Source: Ruditapes philippinarum (Eukaryota). From it: 64,000 bases of DNA. The stretch is taken from positions 1-64,000 of the forward strand of contig NW_026853097.1 in assembly GCF_026571515.1 (NCBI RefSeq). Reading direction: 5' to 3'. The notes below the pieces were generated by a model that saw nothing but the letters and a program-made list of their open reading frames with translations, was not told the origin of the DNA and did not search any database. The translations under genes were made by a program, and so were the position numbers. Each line of letters starts with the position of its first letter. Position 1 is the first letter of the stretch. Shown here one piece after another: positions 52,101-64,000 of this stretch.

Positions 52101-55100
52101 AAAGATATTAACCAGACTGAAAACTACTTTAAAGAATGCATTTAAACCTTGAATTATCTTCGAATAAGATAAAAGGAATATTTTTAATGAAAACAATGGA
52201 TAGAGGGTGGGGTTGTCATCGACTTCGTTTTGGAATGTTTTGCCCTTGAAATAATGTTGTTTCTTTTGCTTTAACCGTTTTTTGCTATCACAATCACAGA
52301 TAAATACACACTACCGTTATTTGATATTTCGCACATTTAAAATGAATGGACCATCATTATACTTAATATATATTAATACGTTCAAGCTAAATACAGAAAG
52401 CTCCCAGTACCAATTACTAGTATGCAAGATTATGCAATTCGCTTGTCATTAATATTTAACAGGCTAAAGGTAAGTTTGCTGCTTCAACTAAGATAACTAA
52501 CTGAATAGTATTTCGGATGAGGATGTTACATAATGAACGCCCATTGTGATGTTTGATAGAAAAATCCGGATGGTTTGATATCAAACCACATTAATTGTAT
52601 TACATTCCTCTTTAAGATAATTCTGATGTAACCCATATGGTTTATTTACATTTTATCGCTTAAATAAAAGATTCCATTTCAATCTATTTATATGTTTAAT
52701 ATCATATATAAATTTCTTATGTCAGAATTGAACACACAAAATAAACTATATGGATTAGGTCAGAATGTTTAAAAAACTGTTTGATACTGATACACCGACC
52801 TTACTTTTTTGCTCATGCGCAAAATAGTATCTCCGTTGCTTTGTGAATATCAAAATGTTAAAAATCGCCCATAGATAACATGAATCTTTTTAATAGATTA
52901 TTTGTACCAAAGGACTGAAAAAATAATTAGTCCAATATTAATGAGGGGCAATTTAAAAAACCCATCAACCTATTGAAGGATCGCTTAAATAGATGTTTTA
53001 AATAACGTTTATATCTCTATCATTACAAGACGATTAACTTTTATGTTGAAGCTTAGACGATTAATTTTTATGTTGAAGCTTATGGAAGAATTTGTGAATA
53101 TCAAGCTGGATTTAGAACTGTATATAGGACTATCGACAATGCACTTATTCTTTATTCTGTTGTCACTAAATATTTTAGAATGAATGGAAAATAAGTATAT
53201 GTAACATTTATAGACTTTCAAAAACCATTTGATTCTGTTGATAGATCTTTATTATACACATCTCTAAGAAATAATGGTATCAAAGGTCATTTGTTTAAGG
53301 CTATATATTCAATTTATATTTCAGTAAAATCATGTTTTAGAACTAGGACAGAGATAACAAATGTATCTGGCTTCCCTGTGGGGCTCCGTCAAGGATGTTC
53401 CTTAAGTCAAATATTGTTTTCTATGTTTATAAATGAGTTATATACAGTTGTATGTAATGAACAAATTGGTGGTATACAGTTGGTTTTTAGTTTGGTTGAA
53501 TTATTCATGTTAATGTTTGCAGATGACATTGCCCTCATGCTAGATACAGTTGTATGTTTGCAGAAACAGCTAAATGTTCTCTACATAAATTTTGTAATGA
53601 CTAAAGTAAACTGTTAATATATCCAAGACCAATATATTGGTGTTCAAGAAAGGTGGTAGGCTAGCTGAAAGAGAGGAATGAAATATGGTAACGATTATTT
53701 AGAAGTTGTTAATGTCTTTTCATATGTTGGCATCTATTTTACAAATAGATTGTGTATCTATAAAATGGCGGAAAAAATGTCAAATAAAGCAAAACGACTG
53801 CAGTTTTAATGATTAACACTCTAGATCAGTTACCTTGTCTACCTAGCACTACATTTTTTTAAACTGTATGATGTAAAGAAGCAGCCACATTATTATATAG
53901 TTCTGAACAGTTTTACTGGGGGATTATATATATATAAATACTGCAAAAATACATTTCATATTGTAAATTTATGTTATGAAATGTTAACAACATGGGTTTT
54001 CATAACTGGGCTACAGATGTTCGTGTGCTTTTATTTTTAAATGGCTATAGTTATGTTTGGGAGGATCAAAGTGTTGACAATCCAAAGTTATTTTTGTTAA
54101 AGATTAAAGGATCAATATGTACAGGAATGGAGAGATAGGTGTAGTACTATGAGTAAATTATGCATCCATTATTTAAATTTTAAACAAAACTATGTAATTG
54201 AAAAAAAAAATAAAAAATTAGAACTTGTATGGCAAGGTAACGTAGTTCAGCACATAGCCTTATGGTAAAAAATGTAGACATTATGAGTTTACTGTTTAAT
54301 GTAGGAATTGTCCTTTTTGTGAATGTTATTTGGAAGATTTTTACCATTTTTTGTTAGTGTATCCTCTTTACAATGACTTTAGGATTAAATACATACCTTC
54401 TGTATATTATCAGACTCCAAATGAATATTAATATTCTATAATTTAATGTCTTGTCAAAGTTTAGAAGTCTAAGAGAACTTGCTATATATTTGTATTTTGC
54501 TACAAAAGAAATAATACAATGTCTTACGTCTGACTAGAATATTATTTAATTGACTTTGTACATAAAATATGTCTGAAATAATTTTGTGTATAATTGTTGT
54601 GTTTTCTTGAAAACATAAATATAATGTTATTGCATCACAGGGCTGTTATACTATAATTATGTATCATGTATTATGTAATGGAATGTAATGTAATGTGTAT
54701 GGGCTGGTGGCCTAATTATACAATAAACTGTTGAATTGAATTACAGGGTATCCACTGAACATTACTGACATACGGCTTGTCAACGGTATAGGTCTTACCG
54801 ATGGTATCGTCGAGCTCAAGGTCAATGGTACCTGGGGACAGATATGTCGTAACAGCTTTCAAAGCAGCGATGCAATAGTGATATGCAAGATGCTTGGATT
54901 TAAGTAATGTTTACTAAAACTATACTTAACTTGTATAAGGTCAATTTGGATTTGTAATAAGTGAACAGAAATTATTTAGTATGCTTAGAACCAGTGTGTC
55001 GCATGACATCAAATTTTTATTGAGTAGTTAATATGATACATCAAAAACAATTTATCAGTTCCGTTGGTGGTAACATGAACTGATCAACACCGTTCATAAA

Positions 55101-58100
55101 CATAGTAAATGAAACCTAACTGATAAATATCTTTAAACTTAAAAAGATAGATTAAGCTACGATGAATGCCCATATTTTCTCTTTTTATATTGATAACACA
55201 ATGCTTAAATACACAACATTTAGCGTTTCATAAAGGTATAACTTATATCACATTCTGTATAATTTGAATGTATATTCTGTATATGTGTGTATTGGCTGGT
55301 GGCCATATATCGCAGATAAAAGTATAAGTATATGAATGTAATTGTGCACATCAGAAGATGCCATTCATGGGTATGATATAATAATTATGCTAGTGCCTTT
55401 ATTGTCCCCCGCCTTTTCGAAGAAAAAAGGGGGATATAGAAATAGGCTCCGTCCGTCTGTCCGTCCGTCCGTCCGTCACACTTTCGTGTCCGGTTCATAA
55501 CTTTGTCATTTATGAAAGGAATTTGAAATAACTTGGCACAAATGTTTATTATAATAAGACAATGTGTCATGGGCAACAACCAGACCCCTACCTCCAGGGT
55601 CAAGGTCACACTTGCTCATTCAAGGTCAACATTGCCTATTTGAGGGTATATGTCGTGTCCGGTCCATAACTTTCTTATCTATGAAGGGATTTTGTAAATA
55701 CTTGCCATAATTGTTCACAATAATCAGACGATGTGTCATGCGCAAAAACCAGTCACCTACTTTCAATGTCAAGGTCACACTTGGAGGTCAAATATTAACA
55801 TAGTCTGTTACAGGGTATATTTCGTGTCCGGTCCATAACTTTGTCATTTACCAAAGGAATTTGAAATTACTTGGCACAAATGTTTGTTATAATAAGACGA
55901 TGTGTCATGCGCAACAACCAGACCCGTACCTTCAGGGTCAAGGTCGTACTTGCTCATTCAAGGTTAACATTGTCTATTTGAGGGTATATGTTGTGTCCGG
56001 TCCATAACTTTCTTATCTATGAAGGGATTTTGTAAATACTTGCCATAATTGTTCACAATAATCAGACGATGTGTCATGCGCAAAAACCAGTCACCTACCG
56101 TCAAGGTCACACTTGGAGGTCAAATATTAACATAGTCTGTTACAGGGTTTATTTCGTGTCCAGTCCATAACTTTTTCATTTATCAAAGGAATTTGAGATA
56201 ACTTGGCACAAATGTTTGTTATAATAAGACGATGTGTCATGCGCAACAACCAGACCCGTACCTTCAGGGTCAAGGTCGTACTTGCTCATTCAAGGTCAAC
56301 ATTGTCTATTTGAGGGTATATGTCGTGTCCGGTCCATAACTTTCTTATCTATGAAGGACTTTTGTAAATACTTGCGAAAATTGTTCACAATAATCAGATG
56401 ATGTATCATGCGCAAAAGCCGGCCACCTACCTCCAAGGTCAAGGTCACACTTGGAGGTCAAATACTTACATAGTGTGTTACAGGGTATATTTTGTGTCTG
56501 GTCTATAACTTTTTCATAGATCAAAGGATTTTGAAAATACTTCGCACAAATAGTCACTATAATAAGAGGATGTGTCATGCGCAACACCTGCATCCCTACC
56601 TCCAAGGTCAAGGTCACACTTAGAGGTAAAAAATTAACATAGTCTGTTATAGGGTATATTTTGTGTCGAATCTAGAACTTCTTCATAGTTCAAGGGATTT
56701 TGAAAAAACTTGGCACAAATAGTCACAATAATAAGCCGATATGTCAGGTACAACACCTGCACCCCAACCTTTTAAGGTCAAGGTCACACTTAGAGGTCAA
56801 AGGTTAACAGAGTCTGTTATTTGGTATATTTTTTGTCCCGTCCATTACTTCTTCATAGATTAAGGGATTTTGAAAATACTTGGCACAAAGAGTCACAATG
56901 ATTAGATGATATGTCATGCGTAACATCTGTGTCCCTACCTCCAAGGTCAAGGTCACACTTAGAGGTCAAAGATTTACATAGTCTGTTATAGGGTATATTT
57001 TGTGTTCAATCTATAACTTCTTCATAGTTCAAGGGATTTTGAAAATACTTGGCACAAATAGTCTCAATAATAAGACGTTATGTCATGCACAACACCTGCT
57101 CCCCTACCTCCGAGGTCAAGGTCACACTTAGAGGTCAAAGCTTAACATGATAGATTTTTAAATTCCGTGTTTCATTTTATTTTTTTAACAAATTTATTGT
57201 TACATTTGCAGATCTAGCATTGATCATAATTTTGGACTGAAAGTCCTTAGATCCATACCTCAATCTTTTGAAATAGCATAATTTTATGCTTCATATAAAA
57301 CTCCCGGGGCGGGGGACGTTGGTAACTCTGTTACAAATTCTTGTTATTTTGATTTCAGCTACTGGCAGTACTATTCTGGGAATCGTTTAAGAAGCACTTT
57401 AAACCTTTATCATTTAGACAAACTCGATTGTATAGGAACGGAGGAACACATAAACGAATGTTTATACGATGTTCGTCAAACGTGTTCGAGTATCTATCCA
57501 ATCTACGTTGAGTGCAGTAAGTTCTGTAAATGGTTCTGTTTGTATGTCTGCATAGTTTTCTGTACAGGAGCTATATATATATATACAATACAATTGCAAT
57601 GAAATTAGCTAAAGAGATAAATTAATTTATAGAGTTGCAAAAAATAATGAGACTTTCTTTCTAAAATTTCAATTGTCAACGTATATTTTGGAGTATATTT
57701 GAAAATAACTTTGAAGTTGTAGATTGTACATTGAAGTCTCTACTATCTGTTTTAGTATAATAATAAGAGTTTATTGATCATCAAATTTATCTCAACACAT
57801 TAGACTTTGAACGGTGCAATAATTTACAAAAACGCTGATATCCCTCTCCTTATTCATTAAAACAAACACTTTTCAGCGTTTTCACAATGTGATCTCGCTA
57901 CTTTAAAATCAGTATTGGATCAAATCTCATCAATTTAGCTTTGCGTTTTCCTTTTTATAGTCCAGAAAATCACATTTAACTTATATGATACCCAATATAG
58001 CCTTCAGCCTCATTTTTATTTCAAACCAAAAATATCAAACACCATTTAGTCTCGTTTTTACATACATATACAAAAATTCATATCAAATCCATATTGTACT

Positions 58101-61100
58101 CTAAGTAACTTTATTTACAATACCACTATTGATTCTCTCAAAATCATCCTCTCAAAATCATTATAATTATCGAAATTACTTGAACCTCTATGAAAATTTA
58201 ATGTAATCTATTTATACCCTTTATGTTTTGTTTTAGAATATCCTTATAATATAACAGATGTTAGGCTTGTCGGGGGAACAGGTCCATACGACGGTCGTGT
58301 TGAAGTCAATATCAACGATGGCTGGGGAACTGTTTGCAGTACATACATCGGACCTTATGATGACGACACATTATGTCAATCAATGGATTTAAAGTAAGTT
58401 AATGTGTATCATAGAAAATATGAATGTTCTAAACTACAATACAAAATGTAGTGAATAAAATATAGCGTTGGAATGTTCAGAACAAATTTCATATTTTGTA
58501 CTCCATTCGATTTTTTATACGTGTTAAAAATTAGGTAGCTCAAAAATGTCTTTGCTATCGCACAGAAATGTTGTTTCTAAATGTGTTAAATACAAGGAAG
58601 TTAAAATTAATGTTTAAGTGTTCATCAGTCAATTGAAAATTTAGACAGTCGTGATAAAATGATCGACAAATTATCAATTTCAAAAATATCATAAAATATT
58701 AATATTTGTACGAAGTAATCTTTAAATGACACCGTCTAAAAATACAAACTACTTTGAAATATATAACAAGAAATTTTGATTTCTTATGACGACATTTGTT
58801 ACGCGTATGAACATCAATAATGGGAAATTCTTGGAAATTGACAATAAATGGAAACATGCTAAAAGAAATTGAAATTGAAATTTAATGTTTACCTCTGCTC
58901 GCCGGATTTAAATAGCTTGTTTCCAATATAAGTACTCTTAGTTACATATGTTCATGATGGTGGAATGTATTGAATTGTAGATTGACGCACTACTTTCCGC
59001 GTATTTCTGTTTACGAACAAGGAACAGGATCTATATACATCGGTCGTATTGGATGCTCTGCTACAAACACTCATATAAGTCAGTGTAGTTTTCTGCCCCC
59101 ATTTCGATACTATTGCTCTCACAGTTATGATATTTCGTTAGTATGTACACGTAAGTATTATTTTCATCTTCATTTTCTTGTATTATATCATTGATAGAAT
59201 GCCTTTTATATCCAAACATATACAGGTCAACTAACATTATTTACAAACCGATACATAAACGTGACTTGCTGAGTTCCTTATAAATAAATATGGTGATGAA
59301 TTAGTTGGCTAATATGCATTGGTCTTCAGCAGGGCACTTCCTGTTTTTTTTTTAAAAAGTTGCTTATTCAAATCAAAACACTCTGGAATTGTTACTGGTG
59401 TCATTTGTTATGTATGACTTTTATAAAGGTCATCTTGAACCAAACTTTAAACTGTTGAAATATTTTTTTGATCCTTAGTGATAATTGCTTCCAATATATT
59501 GAATATCAAAATCAAAATGCTCTGTAATTATTCGGGTATTGTTTGTTTTGATTGCCTCCTTTGATAAATGTAATCTTGAACCAAATATAAAACTTCTGAA
59601 ATATTTTTTGATCCTTATTAATTCCAATATATCGAGTTTAAAGGATTAATAAGAGCTTTGAGATCTGAATAACGTTTAAGCCGGTGCTAGAGAGCATGGT
59701 AAATGTTTCACCTTTAACGTTCTCTCATACACATATAAAACAATTTTATATTCATCTAAAACTTAATATTATTTTGTTTACAGCTTGTGGTAAACCGACA
59801 ATACACTCTGGATCTTTTGATTCTTTTAATGGTACTGTACTGACTGCAAAGTGCGACGATGGCTATCAACCAGAAAAAATAACATTTGATTGTCTTGAAA
59901 ATGGGACTTGGCTGCAAAATGATGAATGTTCATCAAAATATTGTACGTTACTTATATTTGTATATTTTACATACATTGTATTATTAAATGCATGCTGAAA
60001 TTTTAAAACACTGTGAGAGTCACGTTGGTTAATACTGTGAGAGTCATGTTAGTTGTGCTAAAATGTTTCAACAATCAAAAGTTAAAGATGGTCATACAGA
60101 ATCGAATATTTGTTTGTTTGTTTAATTGGGTTTTACGTCACACCGACACAGTATAGGTCATTTGGCGACGTTCCAGCTTTACTGGTGGAGGAAGACCTCA
60201 AGTGCCCTTCCGTGCATTATTTCAGGCACGAACGGGCACCTGGGTAGAACCACCGACGTTCCGTAAGCTATCGTGGTTTGAAATCAACGACCTTAACCAC
60301 TCGAGTTCTGGCTTTACAAAATGTGTACTTTTTCTCTTCTTACTTTTTTTGTTACTTTTTTGTTTTATATCAGACGAAAACGAATTGTCGAACATATGTA
60401 GGCATTTTTATACTGTCTATCAACTATATAAAATATACAGGCATGAATAATTGCTCCGTAGTGCATTGTGCCAGGACTTTATTAGTATCAAGCCAACTAA
60501 GCAATTTGTGTACATTTATGCATTACTTTTAGTATATGGCCTCACCAACTTGCTAGATATGAATTAAAATACTGAATATACTGAAAATATTGAATTTTCA
60601 AAGCAAAACACAATGTAATCATTACGACGAAGTGTAAATTCCTCATTGTGTAATACAGGCATGGACTCAAATGTTATGCAATAAAATGATTTTATTGCAA
60701 TAAAATGATAAAAAAGTTTAAAAAACATGCACAAAATATATAAAACTAGAACTGTGTCCAAAGGACACGGATGCCCCCACTGACAACATATATATGGTAT
60801 ATAGTGAAAACATCAACAAAGGGCCATTATTATGGTAAATTTGGTCGCAGCGAAAATTCCTTTCTTTACTGCCATCTACACATTAAGGTTGTTCATCCTT
60901 GGAAGTTTAAGCAAAATCTGTCATCCGGTTTAAGAGGAGTTGCGTTCGGACGGACAGACGTGCGGACGGACGGACAGACGGACGGACAAGTGCAACGCTA
61001 TATGCCCCCCACTTTGTGGGGGCATAAAATATACAAGAATAAAAGTTTAAGATTTCTATTTTCCTAACAGCACTCTATTATTATACTTCCTAATTGAGCT

Positions 61101-63063
61101 TGTAAAGTACAATTACAAACTCAGCCATTTTTATGCATTTTTTGATGTTTTCATTACAGCGTATCCATTAAACATAACTGATTTGAAACTTGTCAGCAAT
61201 TATGATCTTCACGAAGGTCGCGTTGAGATCAAGGTCGATGGTATTTGGGGGACTATTTGTAGTGACAATTTTACCATAGCAGAGGCGAACGTCATTTGTA
61301 ACATGATCGGATTAGAGTACGCATTTATCTTTGTTACATCATTAAGTCGAACATTTTTGAAAAAAAATATTTAACTAAAATTTTTATTCTCTGATCTCAT
61401 ACGATATAAGAAAGTAACATACGAATGATCGTAAATCAAATTTGTTGGCACCAAACACATATAGACTACAATACAATTCAAACTCTAGTATTGACGAAGA
61501 AAATACACATAGCAAAATTTGCAAAAACCTTATTCAGAATTCCATTTGCAACATACACCGCATATTAAAAGCCTTTGTTTTATCCGGATCATTTAAGATT
61601 TGTTTTTGCGTTTGTTTGCTTATTTGATTTATTCACAATGACAGAGATAAATGTATGTTTTTTTTCTTAAACAGAGCAGATCGGTTTTACAAAGATACCG
61701 GAGGCAACGGTCCGGTTTTCATTTCGAATCTCAAATGCAATGGAAATGAATCACATATCAACAATTGTTCGTACAATATAGATAATGATTGTTTGTACAC
61801 CCATGGTGCAGCAGTAATCTGTACAGGTTACCATATTTACATCAATTCAAATATTTAAACATTGAATAAATTACAAGAGCTCAAATGATACCATTATTTG
61901 AACTTTTGGTATTTAACTGCTTCTTTTCCTGCGTATATAAAACAGAGTTGACTTAGAAGTTATTCGTTTATATTTAAATGGTTCCTTTCCATGTTAATAT
62001 TTTAATGTCTTTGTTTAATATATGCTGTCAAAACATTTAACAAAATCACAATTAACTTATGTCGAATACATATTAAATATATAAAAGAGGATAGAATTGT
62101 TTCCAATAGAAGAAAGTACAAGAGTTCATCGAGTTTTGTTAAACAACTTTGTTGTTACATTAAGAAAATGGCATATTTATCAAAGCTTTTCATATCATTT
62201 TAATATAAGTGATGGCCAATCTCATTAAAATCATATCCTAACTGTCGCTTCACTACCCTACTCTACGTAGCGAAGAGTAACGGAGCAAAAACGATGATCT
62301 GATTTTAATGAGATTGAGTGATGGCGGGGTTTTCTTTGAATTTGTGATTCAGTTTTGCTATATTTTGTCTGGTCCTTCAGGATCAATTCCAACACATTAA
62401 GTTGAAGATTTAATACTGCTTAAGTGGGGCGTAATGGATGTCTTACTCATTAACAGACTCAATTAAATCGACTCTGCAATTTTTATTATGTTTCAGAATG
62501 ATCACATTATTTCATGTTTTTCTTTTTTTCAAAGGGTATCAGCTGAACATTACTGGATTGCGTCTAGCCGGTACAAATGGGCCTTATCATGGAAGAGTCG
62601 AAATAGAAGTGAATGATACATGGGGCACGATTTGTTCACGGAATATGTATTACAAATCAAGATATGTTATATGTAACATGCTTGGATTAAGGTAAGAACT
62701 TTTTTCAGTGTCTATATATAAATGTCAGTATCTACATGTGTCAGTACCGTTAGCATAATACATAAGGTAGGTGTTGTAATAATACAGCATTGGTTTGATC
62801 ACTTCACTTTAATTGCTTTTAAGCAAATAGTTCATCAATTTATAACGCTAATTTAACTATTTAATTTTGACAATGTTTTCTTTCTTACAGATATACAGGC
62901 TGGAATTCTAATGCATACTATGGAGAAGGTGAAGGGCCAATATATATCGAGAGTTTGTACTGTAGCAGCACCGCTTACACGGATATAAACGACTGCAAAT
63001 ATGTCTCAAACAACTATTATGGTGCATGTACACATGCGAATGATCTGTCGGTGGTGTGTCATG
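49153..63063 (+). CDS. Scavenger receptor cysteine-rich (group A SRCR) / Sushi-CCP multidomain protein, DMBT1-like; 3' end beyond the window
   Basis: Thirteen AG/GT exons, all phase-compatible and stop-free: 49153-49210 signal peptide [19 protein letters not shown]; SRCR1 49694-49853 + 51176-51336; CCP1 51687-51848; SRCR2 54747-54903 + 57359-57516; SRCR3 58237-58393 + 58981-59150; CCP2 59784-59942; SRCR4 61160-61316 + 61675-61826; SRCR5 62535-62691 + 62891-63063. Motifs RLVxG..GRVE...WGTIC with 6 Cys per SRCR; C-C-C-W-C pattern in CCP. Confidence 0.95.
50073..50885. repeat. Element with ~180-bp structured direct terminal repeats (50073-50253, 50705-50885) around a ~450-bp core
   Basis: The two copies differ at only a handful of positions and contain several hairpins. 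There are no TG...CA LTR ends. Family unresolved; possibly a Penelope-like derivative. Confidence 0.8.
52870..54742 (+). mobile_element. Decayed 5'-truncated LINE (RTEX/Proto2-like RT) in an SRCR-gene intron
   Basis: [37 protein letters not shown] and C-terminal [23 protein letters not shown] at 54722-54727 is followed by a (TTGAA)2 tail. Confidence 0.88.
55398..57345 (+). mobile_element. HINE (Helentron-associated) carrying about 10 tandem 169-bp satellite units
   Basis: 5' GTCCCCCGCC plus inverted repeat plus (GTCC)n microsatellite. Units start at about 55486, 55655, 55824, 55993, 56156, 56325, 56494, 56663, 56833, 57002. 3' GGCGGGGGAC, short hairpin GTAACTCTGTTAC and TTCTTGTT end. Confidence 0.92.
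60109..60303 (-). mobile_element. tRNA-derived SINE fragment
   Basis: (AAAC)n tail on the minus strand and a partial tRNA-like head CGAGTGGTTAAGGTCGTTGATTTCAAACCAC; the B-box region appears deleted. Confidence 0.75.
60743..61029 (-). mobile_element. Short HINE, reverse orientation
   Basis: ACTAG end, hairpin GTGTCC-AAA-GGACAC, ATGCCCCCAC subterminal repeat at both ends, (GGAC/AGAC)n microsatellite and terminal hairpin ATGCCCCC...GGGGGCAT. Confidence 0.85.
62217..62316. mobile_element. 100-bp MITE with 9-bp TSD (Mutator/Merlin-like)
   Basis: AGTGATGGC|CAATCTCATTAAAATCA...TGATTTTAATGAGATTG|AGTGATGGC. Confidence 0.88.
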
Positions 63064-63467
63064 GTAATTTCCTACAATAGGAGTCTTATGATATTTATAT
63101 TATATATGATACTTTTGACACAGAGTATCTTCTGAACAACACATTCATGTCAATATGAATTGAAATCTATCAAATCAATCTGTGTTCAGCTCAATTGAAG
63201 TTAGTAACTGACCATTAAAGATTAAATACACAAAATGCATTAAATACACAAGATAATACTTTGAAGTTTTTAACAAGCTTCCTTGTTATTTCTTTAATAT
63301 ATGTCATGCTTAGTTTCATTACAACCTATTCAGCCGGTGTACAGTGGGGCTTGGAAATAGACAATTTTCAATGAAAACTGACATTCGATAAAAATAGTCA
63401 AATGTAAAGAAACCCGTAATAAATTGACTTTGATGACATTTGATGATTAACATGTCCCTATTCTTAA

Positions 63468-63814
63468 AGCTGCACGCCTCCAGATGAGCAAAAATATTTC
63501 GATAATATCAAACCTGAATAAAACGTACTAAGATTTTAGGAAAGGTATAATGATTCAAAATTCTTGTAAAAATTTACATGTTATGTGCGATTAATGATCG
63601 AATTTTTCAGTATTTATAATTATATTTCTAATGCGTTACTAACGCAGTAAGGGCTATTTTAGCAGATTTTGACCTCTTTATAGTAATTAACATAGGTTGA
63701 AAGTGCCATTGATAATGTGTAAATTGCATTATTTTAGTAACTTTACAATTGTATACTATTAAATACATTTTTAAATTTTCATGAAAATTAGCATGAATCT
63801 GGAGGCATGCTGCT
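63468..63814. mobile_element. Kolobok-type MITE (TTAA TSD)
   Basis: TTAA|AGCTGCACGCCTCCAGAT...ATCTGGAGGCATGCTGCT|TTAA. Confidence 0.82.
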
Positions 63815-64000
63815 TTAAATACATTCTCGATAAGTTAAAAATAAAAACATTTTAGGGAAAAACAATGTTTCACAGGATTTCAATATGAAACTTTGTAAAG
63901 CGAGTGACACCAAGTGTTATCACAGAGTCAATATTTGTAAAATCTTGTTACGTGTATTGAGAAGAAAACGATTTAAATGTTTTTATGTTTTTTTTTTAAT

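Overview
AT-rich, intron-containing animal genomic DNA with one 160-N gap (3810-3969) and some stretches that look error-prone. The repeat complement (Helentron-type HINEs with GTCC microsatellites, a Sola-type palindromic MITE, an AAAC-tailed SINE) suggests a bivalve mollusc, which is inference only. (1) 421-7669 (+): 3' part of a multi-exon orphan type-I membrane protein with a Cys-containing ectodomain, one TM helix and a long cytoplasmic tail of alternating Cys-Cys mini-exons and Lys/Gly-rich exons; it carries one frameshift. (2) 8401-9201 (-): convergent, disrupted exons ending in a PDZ-type motif (ATFL*). (3) About 9.5-48.8 kb: heavily nested transposon debris, including a decayed Gypsy element split by a hAT derivative, a mariner split by a 7.5-kb tandem insertion, an RTEX/Proto2-like LINE, HINEs, MITEs, and three apparently unrelated 'split-palindrome' elements whose joined ends rebuild an internal inverted copy (Crypton-like, circular-intermediate architecture). 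(4) 49153->63063 (+): an intact, phase-consistent scavenger-receptor gene, signal peptide-SRCR-CCP-SRCR-SRCR-CCP-SRCR-SRCR, running off the window, with TEs ending at both splice acceptors of SRCR domain 2. No prokaryotic features, CRISPR arrays or true tRNA/rRNA genes were found.
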